Source of the DNA: the human T2T-CHM13v2.0 reference genome, Homo sapiens
Strand: one strand, 5' to 3'
DNA: 64,000 bases
Assembly: GCF_009914755.1 (NCBI RefSeq)
Contig: NC_060925.1
The translations under genes and the position numbers were made by a program. Every line of letters begins with the position of its first letter. Within the stretch, counting starts at the first letter, position 1. Shown piece after piece: positions 16,170 to 29,790 of this stretch. The notes under the pieces are model-generated. The model saw only the letters and a program-made list of their open reading frames with translations, was not told where the DNA came from and searched no databases.

Positions 16170-17070
16170 AGGAGATTAGCATAAAAATGGAAGTTTGAAA
16201 ACATTTTTTTTTTCGCCATCAGAAAAGGAAGAAAAAATATGGAAAGGGGCAAAACTAGAATGCAATGGACCATGTGGTGTTGGGTTGGAGTATTGACAAG
16301 AAATTATGAATATATACATAAAATAAGTGTGAGTGTGTGTGTCTGTGTATGTGCACATGCATATATATTCATGTATATACATACATATAAAGGTATATAT
16401 ATGCATATGAATATATATGTATGTTTACATGTGCATGTATTTTCTATTTATGCCCACTGGAAGGAACTGGGAACAGCAATACCCTAATATGATAAAGCTC
16501 ATATTTTGGTTTCCAAAAACCACTCTCCACTTGAAGAAATGGTGGATTCCAGCAGTGGGGCAGGGAAAGTAGAAGATGTACCTAGACTAGTTCGTTGTGT
16601 TAGAAAGAAGAAAATGCTAAAAGAAGATGGACAGTTGGAAAGGACACAGAAAAGAGGCACCTATGGACCAAATCTAGGACAATAGTGCATCAAAATAAAT
16701 CTTGATAATTACAGATTATAACCTACTGAATAGAACGGGAAGTGATGACTCCACATTGATATACATGAATAAATAAATGGGGAGCAGAGAAAGCTCTTCC
16801 TTATGGTAGAAAGATAACTAATAAATGTAGGAGGGATAATGGTATTAGACAATTACCAATGGCAGCCATCAGAGGGATAATTAATTTAGACAAGAGACAT
16901 CAAGGAATACTAAAACTAGTGGGTAAAAATGGGGTCAGAAATGGGATTTTACATAGTATCAAATTATTCTCCCACAGACTATTTATTAATTTCAAAGATA
17001 AATAGTAATTTTACTATAGAGAAATCTGGAAGACACTGTTTTACTCAAATGGTCAAAATTCACACCAACA
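16170..17070 (+). mobile_element. L1MC-type 3' region with AT/GT low-complexity tract
   Basis: ggggcaaaactagaatg...ccatgtggtgttgg; ggggcagggaaagtagaagatg; ttactatagagaaatctggaagacac. Confidence 0.65.
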
Positions 17071-17094
17071 TCTCTTTTGTAGCCTTCCAACATG

Positions 17095-17455
17095 CCTTTT
17101 TCAGTTCACTCTGGCTGGAATGTGAAAAGTTGATGGGAGAGAACAAATGGACTCAAGGAGGCTGGTTAGAAGGCACTAACAGAGATGGTGGTGGCTTAGA
17201 AGAAGGCCATATCAGTGGGGTAGAGAGGAGTGATAGGATTGGAAAATTTTGAAGGTGGAATTTAATAGAGTTTGGTGATGGATTGAGAGGTAGGGAAATG
17301 ACAGAGGATTAAGGATAATTTGTTGAGTTTTGACTTGAGCATCAGGGTGGATTCTGGGTTCATTTACTGAAATGGAAAAGCTCAAGACAAGGGTAAATTT
17401 AGAATGGGGGATTGAAATTAGAGTTCTGTTTTGACAATGTTTAATTTAAGATCCA
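17095..17455 (-). mobile_element. L2 fragment
   Basis: tggtgatggattg...catttactgaaatgg...gagttctgttttgaca motifs. Continues at about 20600-20960. Confidence 0.7.
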
Positions 17456-17889
17456 TGTGTGTCAGCCCATTTGGGCTGCTATAACAAAATACCTTAGACT
17501 GGGTAATTTATAAACAGTATAAATGTATTGATCATAGTTCTGGAGGTTGGAAAGTCCAAGATCAAAGCACCAGCATCTTCAGAGTCTGGTAAGGGCTTGC
17601 TCTCTGCTTCAAAAATGGAGCCTTTTTGCTACATCCTCATATGGTAGAAGAGGGCAAGGCAGCTCTCTTCAATCTCTTTTATTTTGCTTTTATTAATACT
17701 TTTAATTAACACATAATAATTGTTCATATTTATGGGCTATAGTAGGATACTTTGATACATATATACAGTGCATAAGCTATAATAGTCAAATCAGGGTAAT
17801 TAGCATATAAATAACCTCTAACATTTATTATTTCTTTGTGTTGGTAACATTCAAAATTTGCATTTCTAGCTATTTAAAAATATACATTA

Positions 17890-18140
17890 AGTCAGGTGTG
17901 GTGTCTCATACCTGTAATCTCAGCACTTTGGGAGGCCGAGGTGAGAGAATCACTTGAGGCCAGGAGTTCAAGACCAGCCTGAGAAAGATAGCCAGACCCC
18001 TACCTCTACAGGTGCATGCCTGTAGTTCTGGCTACACAGGAGGTTGAGGCAGGAAGATTGCTTGCCCCCAGGAGTTTGAGGCTGCAGTGAGCTCTGGTTG
18101 TACCACTGCACTCCAGCTTGGGCCACAGAGTAAAACCCTG

Positions 18141-18182
<42 letters not shown>

Positions 18183-18210
18183 AAGAAAAGAAAAAGTAAA
18201 CAAGAAAATG
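17890..18210 (+). mobile_element. AluJ-like, linker deleted, tail converted to (CA)n (18142-18178)
   Basis: Left arm ctgtaatctcagcactttgggaggccgagg. Right arm gaggctgcagtgagc...cactgcactccagc. Confidence 0.92.
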
Positions 18211-19884
18211 TATTATAAGTTGTTGTTAATTATAGTCACCCTACAGTGCTATAGAATATGAGCACTTATTTCTCCTATCTAGCTATAATTTTTTATTCAT
18301 TAACCAACCTCTCACTGTCCCCCATCGGCCTCTCATAACTGCTATTTCACTCTCTGCTTCTATGAGTGAGAACATGTGGTACTTATCTTTCTGTGTCTGG
18401 CTTATGTTACTTAACAAAATGTCCTCCAAGCTCATCCATGTTGCTGCAAGGACAGGGTTTCCTTCTTTTTTATGCCTGAATAGTATTACATTGTGTATAT
18501 ATACCACATTTTTCTTACCCATTCCTCCACTGATGGACACTTAGATTGTTTCTATATCTTGGATATTGTGAATAGTGCTGCAATAGCTGGGGCTGCAGAT
18601 ATCTCTTCAACATACTGATTACCTTTTCTTTGGATATACATCCAGTGAGGGGTTATTGGATGATATGGTAGTGCTATTTTTAGTTTTTTGAGGAATCTCC
18701 ATGCTGTTTTTCATAATGACTGTGCTAATCTACATTCTCACCAATAATGTATCAGAGCTCTCCTTTCTCTGTATCTTTGTCAGCATTTGTTATTTTTTGT
18801 TTCTTTGGATAATACCCATTTTATCTGGGGTGAGACTATATCTCACTATGGTTTTGATTTTCACTTTCCTGATGATTAGGGGTGTTAAGCAATTTTTTTC
18901 ATATACCTGTGGGCCATTCATATGTCTTCTTTTAAGAAATGTCTATTCAGATCCTTTGCTCACTTTTCAGTCAGATTATTGTGTGTGTGTGTGTGTGTGT
19001 CTGTGTCTGTCTGTGTGTTTTGATGTTGAGTTTTTTTAATTCCTTGTATTCCATATATTAGTCCCTTGTTGGATGAATAGTTTGCAAGTATTTTCTTCCC
19101 ATTCTGCATGTTGTTTCTTCAGTGTGTTGTTTCCTTTGCTGTGTAGCAGTTTTTTAGTTTGATGTAATCCCATTTGGCTATTTTTGCTTTTGTTGCTTAT
19201 GCTATTGTGGTTTTGTTGATAGAATCTTGTCCAGACCCATGTCCTGATGTGTTTTCCCTATGTTTCCTTCCAGTAGTTTCATAGTTTGGGTCTTTATTTT
19301 ATTTTGAGTTGATGTTTTGTAGATGATGAGAGATAGGAGTTTAATTTTATTCTTCTACATATGGATATTCAGTTTTCCCAGCACTAATAATTAAAGAGAC
19401 GGTCCTTTCCTGAGCAAATGTTCTTGGAGCCTTTGCCAAAAATCAGATGGCTATAAATATGCTGATTCATTTCTGAGTTCTATATTCTGTTCTATTGGTC
19501 TGTGTATCTGTTTTTATGCCGGTATCATGCTTTTAGTATATTTTCAAGTCAGGTAATGTGATGTGATGTAATGTAATGTGATGTCTCCAGCATTGTTCTT
19601 TTTGCTCAGAATTGTGTTAGCTATCTGGAGTCTTTTGTGGTTCCGTATGAATTTTAGAATTGTTCTTTTTCTATTTCTGTGAAGAGTATCATCGGTATTT
19701 TGATGGAGTTCATTGAATCTGTAGATTGCTTTTGGTAATATGGTCATTTTTACAATATTAATTCTTCCAATCCATGAACACTGATGTTTTATAGTTTTTC
19801 TTGTAGATATCTTTCATCTCGTTGGTTAAATTTATTTGTAGGTATTTTGTTACTTTTTGTAGCTATTGCAAATGGGATTGCTTT

Positions 19885-20184
19885 AATTTTTTTTTATTTT
19901 TATTTTTTAAGATGGAGTCTTACACTGTTGCCCAGGCTGCAGTGCAATGGCACAGCTCACTGCAACTTCTGTCTCCAGGGTTCAAGTGATTCTTCCACCT
20001 CAGCCTCCCAAGTAGCTGGGATTACAGGCACCCACCACCACACCTGGCTAATTTTTGTATTTTCAGTAGAGATACAGTTTTGCCATGTTGGTCACATTGG
20101 TCTCGAACTCCTGACCTCAAATGACCCACTTGCCTCAGCCTCCCAAAGTGCTGGTATTATAGGCATAAGCCACCCTGCCCAGCC
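19885..20184 (-). mobile_element. AluS-like
   Basis: Full dimer. TSD aaatg(g/a)gattgcttt on both sides. Confidence 0.95.
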
Positions 20185-20599
20185 ATAAATGAGATTGCTT
20201 TTAAATTTCTTTTACAGCTAGTTTATCCTTGGTGTATAGAAATGCTACTGATTTTTATGTGTTGATTTTGTATCCTACAACTTTATTGAATTCATTTATC
20301 AATTCTAAGAGTTTTTTTGGTGACATATTTAAGGTTTTCTGTATGTAAGATCATGTCATCTCCAAACAAGGACAATTTGACTTTCTCCTTTCCAATTTGG
20401 ATGCCCTTTATTTTTTTTTTCCTGCCTAATTCCTTTGGCTAAAACTCAGCCTCTTTAATAAGGACACCAATACCATTCATGAGGACAGAGCTCCCTGATT
20501 TAATCATGTCTTAAAATGCTCTATCTCTTAATACTATCACATTGGGTATTCAATTCCAACATATGAATTTTAGGGAGACACCAACATTTAGACCACAGC

Positions 20600-21400
20600 T
20601 ATATGTAATAAGAATCTATCAAAGCTATCTAATATATGAATCTAGGGTTTTTGAGAAAAGTATGACACAAAAGTTAGTGGTCATCAACATATATTTGTGG
20701 CATTTAAATCTATGATATCAAAAAAAAAAGTCACCTAGGGAGAACACGAACCCAGAGGAAAATGCAGGCTCAAGCCAGAGCCCTGGACACTCCAACATGT
20801 AGAATTCCAGCAGAGGAGACAGAGCTGGGAGAAAAGCAAGAGGATATGGTGTCATAAACGCTAAAGACACAAAGTGGAGTACTTAACCAGTGCTGTTGAG
20901 ACATCAAGTAAGAGCAGAACAAAAAGGTGGCCTTTAAGTTTGATAACATAGAAGTCATTATTTATTCATCAAATTATCTTGAGTGTCTATTTATTGAATG
21001 CCAAGTATTATGCTAGGCGATCGGGGAAGAGAGACAAGTAAAAGACAATTAGAATAGAAAATGTGATAAGTGCTATGATAGGGTTCTATGATAAGTGATA
21101 TGATAGGTTAGGGAAGATATGCCCAACCTAAACTTGGAGGTGGGAAAGAGGGAATGGAGGCCTCCAGGAGATGTTCAAGCTGGTGTTGAGTGTTTAAGAG
21201 TGAGTAAGGATTAAACAGAGTGTGGTAAATTTGCTTTAGGCAAAGGAAACTCATGTACAAAGACATGTAGGCATGATAAACAGAAGTATTAGGAGATTGG
21301 TTTGGGTGGAATGTAGTGTCTATATAAAACAGCAGAGCAGGATGAGGTAGGAGAGGTACGTAGGGGCCAGATAATAAAAGCCCTGTATCCCTTATCAGGG
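20600..21400 (-). mobile_element. L2 fragments
   Basis: ggtgtcat...cagtgctgttgagacatcaagtaaga; tttattgaatgccaag...tgctagg; ggcaaaggaaac...tacaaaga motifs. Confidence 0.6.
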
Positions 21401-21729
21401 ATTACCTGATAATCGGCAGAAAAGAAGGAAAAGGCACAAAATCAATCACCTTAAGGATCCCAGGATGGAAGATGTGGAGGACTGCCAGGTGGACTCTGGC
21501 TATGCTGTTGAAGGTCTGCTTGTTCAGGCTATCTTTTGTTCTTTTAAATTCCTTCTCCAGGTCATGCGAAGTTGTCATTAGGTCCAAAGCTGGGGAGTGG
21601 CTTGGTGAACACAGACATGAAGGTTAATAGAGCAGTTGGCAAGGCAGTTTGGAGGAGAAACTGGAGGCAGAAACATCAGGCTGCAGCAGTGACATGGACA
21701 TAGAATGACAAGGAACTAGGTGAAGGTCA

Positions 21730-22023
<294 letters not shown>

Positions 22024-22029
22024 CTATTT

Positions 22030-22240
22030 GATAATCCATAATAGTATGTCTTGTTTTAACGTATATAGTACTTTACTGAATAGTAGGTATTTTCATTTGA
22101 TCCTAATGTTGGCATTGTATTCCTAAATTTAATAGAAGTGAGGCTAAGAGAGGTGATTAGGCAAACATCACACACTAGTAATAGTGCAAGATTGTAAACC
22201 CAAATGTTATAATTTTGAGTTCAGTAGATCATTTTGCTAC
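22030..22240 (-). mobile_element. MIR
   Basis: tttcatttgatcct...gaagtgaggctaagagaggtga...cacacactagtaa. Confidence 0.55.
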
Positions 22241-22356
22241 CTAGAGAAATCCTGGAATAGTTTCTATCTGGAAGGATTACAGTTGGCTCACGTTTGGCTC
22301 ACTTAAGGAACTGCGTATCTCAGAGATGGTGCTGTTAGGCCACATACAGACACTCA

Positions 22357-22371
22357 CCGCCAGAGGGTGCC
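22357..22371 (+). promoter_or_regulatory. Candidate CTCF core motif
   Basis: ccgccagagggtgcc closely matches CCRCYAG(A/G)KGGCRC in non-repeat sequence. Motif match only. Confidence 0.4.
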
Positions 22372-24243
22372 CTTACCCCAAGAGAAAGTTGGCAGTTCTT
22401 CCTACAGTTGAAGGATTCTGCTAGCTTTTCTTTTTTCAGGTTGTTTCTTTAGAAGTTGCAGAATGGAGAACTGAATTGTAGTAGCCCAAACGCTGCAAAT
22501 CTCGGAGCAATGACCTGGAGCCTCCCACAGCTTGTGTCAGAGAGGCAAGATTTGTTAGGGAGATGCTTAATTCTCTCTGAAATAATCCCAGATTATGCCT
22601 GGTGGAGGAAGAAAAGAGGAACAGTTCAGAAATTAGATAATTCTGGAGATGTTTGGAGATAAAAGGAGTAATTCTTGTGATTCTAACGCAGGAGTGTAGG
22701 GTTCTCTCCAGGGATGATTCTTAGTTGATTTGTAGGTACTCTTCGGTAGATATTCTCAAAGGGTCATATTTTAAAATTTTGATTTTGCCTTAATAGGACA
22801 AATACTTTTTGCAACGTTATGAAGGCAATAATCTCAGCCTTTATTCTTATTTTTGTGCACAGGTTCATTTCCTATTGCTCTCTTTCTCCTTTCCCTTCTT
22901 TTCCCCTTTCTTTTCTTCCCTTTTCTCTTTCCTTCTTGGCTTCCCTCACTCATCAAAGTTATGTTAGCAACGGATAGAAATTAATTTACCTTGTGGTTGA
23001 AGTAGCTGATACTGGCTTAAATGTTAAGCCTAGGAGTATATGCATAGTTATAACAGAAATTAAGGTTCTTAAACCAAGAAGTTAGAGCTTAACAGTGGAT
23101 AGAATGGCATCTAGTGTGCTTGGGTGGTGGAGTTTTTTGAGGGGGACCGGTAGTTTCTCCCCGGAGTTTTAATATATTATTTTCTCATGAGCAGTCCTGT
23201 ATATGACATGTACTTTATGACTATCCCTCGGACTCTCCTGGTCATGTCATTTGTTGTCTGTTCATAGGGAAAGTGTGAAAAGTGCATAATAATCAGGTTT
23301 GGAAAATTTGAAAAGAATCTCCCTTGCTCCCTATGCCCTCCTCTCCTCTTCAATAGCCACCCTTTCAGGAGCCCTAGGAGGATGGCAGGAGCAATCCAGG
23401 GCCTGAACAATTGAGATGATTCTCTTGGCCTCCACTTACTTTTCCTCCTCTAGGCATGACCTCTGGGTTTGGTTGGAACAAAAGCAGACTCCAAACATCA
23501 CTTTCTTGGTGCAGGACTCAGTTTGGAAGGTAAGTCTGGACTCAGTCTGGAAGGTGGAGCTGAGGACACCAGATTTATTACACTCATCATTTTCAATGGT
23601 TCCTCTCTTGAAATTCTTCCATAGTGTTATGCTTGAGGAGAATTTGGACTAAAATAATGACACTTAAGTTTATACCCTGAGGAAGAAAAGAAGTAAGTAA
23701 TAAGAGGCTGGAGGCCCAAGGCAATCTCCCAAGTGGACAGTATGTCTAGGTCTTATTCCTGTTTGTTAAGAGTTGAGAGACATAGTTTATCCTGCTTCCT
23801 TCATTGGGTCTTACCATCTTTTTCTTGTGACAGATGCTTTCCTTTGTGGCTTGGGACCACAGTGTCAATGTCATGGAATCAACTATTTATCCAATCGGTG
23901 GATTTGGGGCAAGTTCTGATTTATGGTTTCATACTGACAATTTGAAATGGAGTGGGTGTAAGTGCACATGCTGAATAGACTTGATATCAGGTTTCATCTT
24001 TTGCAGTTAGTCCTGGCCTATATCTCTCCAGTGGTGGTTTCAATAGTGAATCCCAAGGATTATGTGAAGTGTGGGGCCACTGAGTTTGGCACACCTCTCA
24101 AATATGTATCTCTAGAATGAGAGGTGGAGTCTGTCATTCCACCTTTGTAGCTTCACCTCTTTAATCCTTTAAGGTTTCTCAGTCTTCATTTATTAAAATG
24201 CAGGAATTCCAGTGAAACTCAAAGCTCAGTCCTTAATAGTTAA

Positions 24244-24549
<306 letters not shown>

Positions 24550-24589
24550 AATGCTTTAGTTTTTAATTAATGACTTAGCAGGTATTAGA

Positions 24590-24740
24590 GTCAAGAAAGG
24601 TTTTCCCTTATGGGATCTTCAGATATTGTTCACTTTACAGATGAATAAACTGAGGCCAAAGAGAGATAAGAGAATCATCCAAGGTTACACATCTAAAAAA
24701 GCGAACCAGGGCTGCAATTCAATTCTTTCAACTTCTACAC
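24590..24740 (-). mobile_element. MIR
   Basis: cactttacagatgaataaactgaggcc...ccaaggttacac is the MIR core. Confidence 0.75.
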
Positions 24741-25059
24741 TTTCCCTTTTTCCCTCTGTTACCCTGTGAATGAGGCTAGGCTAGGGGTGAAGGTGAGAGG
24801 GAGAAAAGGATGCCTGAAGGGCAGAAATGAGCATGTGTAACAGAGGTGTTTAGTTCCCCAACATTTATTCAAAAACATTCACAGGACACTACTATTCTAG
24901 GCTCTGAGTTGGGCATTGTGGCATTAAAGATAAAAGTATGACTTAGTTGCTATTCTCTCTAGCTCTCCGGTCTAGAGCTGCGCAGGTAAACAAATCAGCA
25001 GTTATATTGAGTGTGATGGTAGAAATGAGTGCCATGGGTGTGCATTGGAAGATGGTCTA

Positions 25060-25510
25060 TTGTCAGGATCCTTTTCATTTCAAGTGACAGAACTCTTAGC
25101 TTAAACCAATTTGAAGAAAAGAGATAATTTACTGATTCACATAATTAGAAGGTCCAGAAGGTATTTTTGGTTTCAAACACAGATATATTCAGGATCTCAA
25201 ATACTCCGGACAGTGTCTCTAGGCTCTTTCTTCTTTTGCATTGACATCATTTTCAGACAGTCCCTGAGTGGTGCCAAGGATGGATCAGACATTTGTAGTC
25301 TCACTTCTTCTAAGCTTAGCACCCCTAATGGAAAGAGGATTTTTTTTGTCAAGTTACTCTCACTGTACTAACTTGAATCCCATGCCTATCCTAAAGCAAC
25401 AAGGGGAATTGGAATACTCTCATTGGCCAGTCTGGGTCTGAGTCAAATACTTACCCTGGTGCTGAAAGAATGGGATTAGCCTCACTCAAACAACATGGGT
25501 TGATTATGGA
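25060..25510 (-). mobile_element. Old MaLR LTR (MLT1K-like)
   Basis: gtcaggatccttt...caagtgacagaa...aatttactgattcacataa...cattggccag motifs. Confidence 0.6.
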
Positions 25511-25589
25511 GGAGGATGCCTTGTGGTCATGCAAAACCGGCGCACACTGTATCACTAACTGGAGGAGAGGTGGAGAGAAGAAATAGAGG

Positions 25590-26445
25590 GTTGTTCTGTT
25601 TCAAAACCCAACTGGGTGCAGTATGGTTCTACTGATTGTATCATTCTGATGATGATAATATCATTCTGATACTAACCATCTGAAGTTAGTATCAGACTCC
25701 CCAAGTTAAAGCATGTTTTCTACAATACTCCCCTTCAGGGTCCTGCTGTACTTTGGGAGGTCTCCAGATAACCTGTGCTTCTGACTGATATAAATTTGGT
25801 GGTTTCCATCACTCCCGCTGATTTGATAATTTGCTAGAATAACTTGCAGAATTTTTTAAAGTGTTATGATTACAGTTTTATTATATAGGGCATACATAGT
25901 GTGAGGTCTGGGAGGGACTGAAGAGCTTCTACATTCTGTCCTGGTAGAGTCAGGGTCCATTACATTCTTGGCATAACAATTTGTTCAACAACCAAGAAGT
26001 TCTGTAAGCCTCCATGTCTAGAGTTTTTGTTGGATTTCGTTACATAGATATTATTGATTAAGTCATTGCCCATGTGACTGAGCTAAATCTCCAGTCCTGC
26101 TCTCCTCTCTGGAGGTCCAGTGGCTGAAAGTGCCAACCTTCTTCTGGTGATGAGTCCCCATCCTGAAGCTATTTATGGGCCCACCATGAGTTACATCATT
26201 AGCATAACAAAGACACTCCTAACAATTAGAAAATCCCAAGAGTTTTTAATAAAAGTTATTTATTTATTTTTAAATTGGAAAATAATAATCGTACATATTC
26301 ATGGGGTACCTAGTGATGTTTTGATATATATCATGTATAGTGATCAGATTAGGGTGATTAGCATCTCCATCACCTCAAACATTGATCATTTCTTTGTGCT
26401 GGGAACATTCAGAGATCAAAGATCAGACAAGCTCTTTATACCACA
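25590..26445 (-). mobile_element. MER21-like LTR interrupted by a short L1MA 3' end (about 26255-26410)
   Basis: attctgatactaaccatctgaagttagtatcagactcc; ataatttgctagaat; catcattagcataacaaagacactcct. Confidence 0.7.
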
Positions 26446-26829
26446 GGGTTCAAGGAAAGCTTCCTAGGAAAGTTACACTTGAGTTGGGTCTTTACACTTC
26501 ATATTGGCAAAGACCACATCTGTGTGAAATCACTAATGTGTGAAAAAGAAGGGTAGATTCAAAGGACTACAAGTATAGTGAATAAGGCAAGAGAGTGGGC
26601 TATAGAGATGGGACGATGTCCACATCTGTCAGCGCTTTGTAGGTCTGATTTTATCTTGTGCAAGCTGTGAGGAGCCAGTGAAGGATTCAAATTTGAGTCA
26701 CTAGCATAAATATGGAGGGTGGTGGGAAGTGGAGCAAGATGAAATTATATGACTATAATTAATCAGGTAAGAATTCCAGTTTCCAGAGGCACCTTTTCAC
26801 TACTTTACCAAGGAGAGACCCTTGCTGCC

Positions 26830-27282
26830 TATATTAGTGTCCTAGGGTGCTATAACAAATCATCACAAACTAGGTGGCTTAAAACAACAGAAATTTATTC
26901 TTTCATAGTTTTGGATGCCAAGAGTCCAACATGAAGTTGCTGTTCAGTTGGGTTCCTTTGGAGGGACGGACAGTGTGTTCCTTGCCTCTCTCCCAGCTTC
27001 TGGTGATTGCCAGCAATTCTTGGCATTCCTTCGGTTTCGGAGGCATTGGCCTAATCTCTGTGTTTGTCCTCACATGGTGTTCTTCTGTATCTCTGTGTCC
27101 AAATTTTCTCTTCTGATCAGGACAACAGTTATTAGGTTACAACCTACCCTAATTCAGAATGACTTCGTCTTCATTTGATTACAACTTCAGGGACACTATT
27201 TTCAAATCAGGTTATATTCACAGGTATTGGAAGTTAGGATTTTAACATATCTATTAGGGGGACACAATTTAGCCTATATCAT
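26830..27282 (-). mobile_element. MaLR solo LTR (MLT1C-like)
   Basis: tattagtgtcctagggtgctataacaaa...ggcttaaaacaacagaaatttattct...ggggacacaatt. Confidence 0.85.
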
Positions 27283-28271
27283 GTCCCAAGCCTACCAGAA
27301 CACAGAAAACAAACTGATGAGTCATCTGTGGCTTTGTGGTTAACAGCTATCCCTTTGGCCTCATTCACTTGAAGCCCATAAACTCTGATAGCCCTTCGTG
27401 TAAAGTGTCTTTTTCTTTATTGGCTGAGCTGGTAGGGTGAAAAGTATTGTCCTTGCTAATATCTTGGAGGAGAAGAATCTGCTTCTTTATTTTCCCTCCA
27501 AAACTATGTTTTAAATTGGCAGGTGGTGGGGGAGGTACTTTGAGTGAGTACATCCCTTCCCTCCAGCAGTCTATAATTCTCATTCTCATAGCAGTCCCAT
27601 TTCTCTAGAGAAAATAGGTAATGCCTGACCCTAAGCCCAAGGACTGCTCATATCTTTCAGAAAGAGGGATGGTGGTATGAAACAACCATAGAATGACCAT
27701 ACTGACTGTTCCCTTACCTTCTCTCACTTCCTTCTCAACCAACACATGAAATGGTACACTTCAATCTGGTGTCTTCTTTGCTGTGTTTAGGTTGTAGTCC
27801 CTTGTAATCAAAATGTTTTACTGATCATGTCTCATTCATTCTAAACATGCAGCTGTGTGTTGGCAGTTCTAAGACTGGTTTCTACACTTTTGATTGAACC
27901 AGATACTTCCAGCATGTAAGGTACATCCTGGGAATCACATAGGTACATTTAGGGAGTCAATTTGTTTAATGATTCTCTAATTTCCTCAAAGAGACAAGGT
28001 GTACCTAGAAAGAAGTTAAGTTTTTGAGGTCATGGACATTCAGGTGTTTTACTAAGGAGGCCCAATTTCCTGTCTCTCTGGTGCCAATGTTATAAGATCA
28101 AGGATGGCTGGCCTTTCTGTACTTCTTTTTAAAGATTTTATGCATTTTTCTTCTTCTATCTACTATGGATTACTGCAAATTAAGGCAAAGGAGTTAATTT
28201 TTTAAATTTATTTTTAGAGTTGGAAGTAATGAGGTCTAGGTAGGTGCAGTGAATTTCCCAGATTCACTTCA

Positions 28272-28357
28272 TGGAGTGACTCACTCATCCTGGTTTGTCC
28301 CAGACTTTTCTGGATTTCAAACCAAAAGTCCCAGATCTTGAGAACTTCCTCAGTCAG
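28272..28357. mobile_element. MER81-like hAT relic
   Basis: gagtgactcactcatcctggtttgtcccagacttt...aaagtcccagatc...cctcagtc. Confidence 0.65.
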
Positions 28358-28917
28358 CCTTAAAAAGACCACAAATTCCTCAATGTCAGAGATTGTTTTG
28401 CATGGCTTCCATATTCACTATCTTACTCCTTCTTTCCCTCATCACGATATTTAGTGTAAATTTCAGCATGTATCTGCTGTCTAAGAGAATGTTCACCTAA
28501 GAAGCCAGAGCTAAAAGCAGCAAAGAAAAATCACGCAATTTCCAGTATTTGACTTTGTCCCATTAGTGTTCCGAATACAGAAAAGACTGAGAAGGTTAGG
28601 AGGGAGAAAGTGATGGAAATGGAGGATGCAAACTCAGAATGCTGTTTTTAGTCTAGGAGGAGTCTTCAGTTGAGTTACTGGCTTTTCTCCAAGGGTTAAA
28701 CAGCTCTGAAGTTCCAGAGGAAGGCCCTGGAAATGTCCCCTTTTTCAGGAGACATCATTATGTAAATTTCTCCCATGAGATCAAAGCAAGTGTCCATCCG
28801 GTGATGTCCTGTTCCATCTCCCTTCACCCCTGGTGATCATCCCTCTGATGCAATTTATGGACTGTGATCAACAAAATACTTGTAATAATTTCATAGTTAG
28901 AATATATTCACATGCTT

Positions 28918-28931
28918 GTTGTTATGGCAAC
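28918..28931. promoter_or_regulatory. Candidate RFX X-box
   Basis: gttgttatggcaac is a near-palindromic match to GTTGCCATGGCAAC in unique sequence. Motif match only. Confidence 0.4.
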
Positions 28932-29399
28932 CATCAATAATATTAATAAAACCCTGTCTGGTTGAAGCAGATGAATGGGACATGTAAACACAGACAAGAA
29001 TAGCCATATCAGACATCAACATGGATCAACACAAGCACAACAGTCTGTATGCTGATTTTCGCCTTCCACTGTATTCCCAGCAGTCTCATCTGTTTTACTT
29101 ATGCCTGAGCCCCCCATTGGCTTCAGTGTAAGGGCTATGTAAGTGGGTACACATCAGGAAGGGGCCCACTTTGACCTCCAAAATGAGAAAAAGAGAAAGA
29201 GCTTACCATGAGTCTAGTATTCCATGAAACTAGGGGTACCCTGTATGGGTATTTGTACACTGTTCATCAATTATGGTAATCATAAAACATATTGTCTAAA
29301 AAGCTTGCTCTTATTAAGCATTCACTTTGCACATGTTGGTGACAAATAGTGATTTTAGCTGGAGGATCACTGGATACAACAGCCTGGTGATGACTGCAT

Positions 29400-29790
29400 T
29401 CACTCAGATTCTTCTTTTACAAAATGGAATAATCAAACCTACCTTATAGGCTGTTGCGATATTCTAATGAGATAATGTAAACAAAGCTCTTAGCAGAGTG
29501 ATAGCAAATGAGTGCTCAGCAAATGAAATCTCCTGGGAGGCTATCTAGCACAATGTTCATGGACTTTGAAGTTAGTTCAAATTCCAAGTTACTCATTTTA
29601 CAGCTGTGCATCCTTGGGCAAGTTTTTAAAATCTCTCTCAGCATGAGATGAACTTCCACATCTACTGAATGAAAAGATTAATAGTACCCACAGTATGGGA
29701 TTGCTGTGAGAATTAAATGACATTATGTACCAAAGATGCTTACTTCAGTGCTTAAGACTTGGCCAGGGCTCAATAAGCAGTAGCAATTGC
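29400..29790 (+). mobile_element. Two MIR fragments
   Basis: aaaatggaataat...ctgttgcgatattctaatgagataatg; cagctgtgcatccttgggcaagt...gagaattaaatga...ctcaataa. Confidence 0.75.

Larger units (their letters stand above)
17680..20445 (-). mobile_element. 5'-truncated L1MA element (3'UTR plus ORF2 C-terminus) carrying two Alus
   Basis: L1MA-type 3' end (aatagtcaaatcagggtaattagcat). Minus-strand ORFs WMSLEDILLSNISQTQKDKYHMFSLI and ILPKAIYRFN. Confidence 0.9.
17457..20600 (-). mobile_element. MaLR LTR (MST/MLT1A-like) split into 17457-17680 and 20446-20600 by an L1
   Basis: gggctgctataacaaaataccttagactgggtaatttataaac at left. catatgaattttagggagacaccaacatttagaccacagc at right. Confidence 0.8.

Noticed and set aside
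19784-20188. 134-aa ORF, and similar ones at 21624-21965, 24268-24474, 37719-38012 and 61515-61910
   Set aside because: Antisense Alu read-through peptides ([16 protein letters not shown]), not genes.
23520-23535. Perfect splice donor aag|gtaagt (similar at about 29957)
   Set aside because: An isolated 9-mer expected by chance in 64 kb. No convincing acceptor or coding frame could be paired with it.
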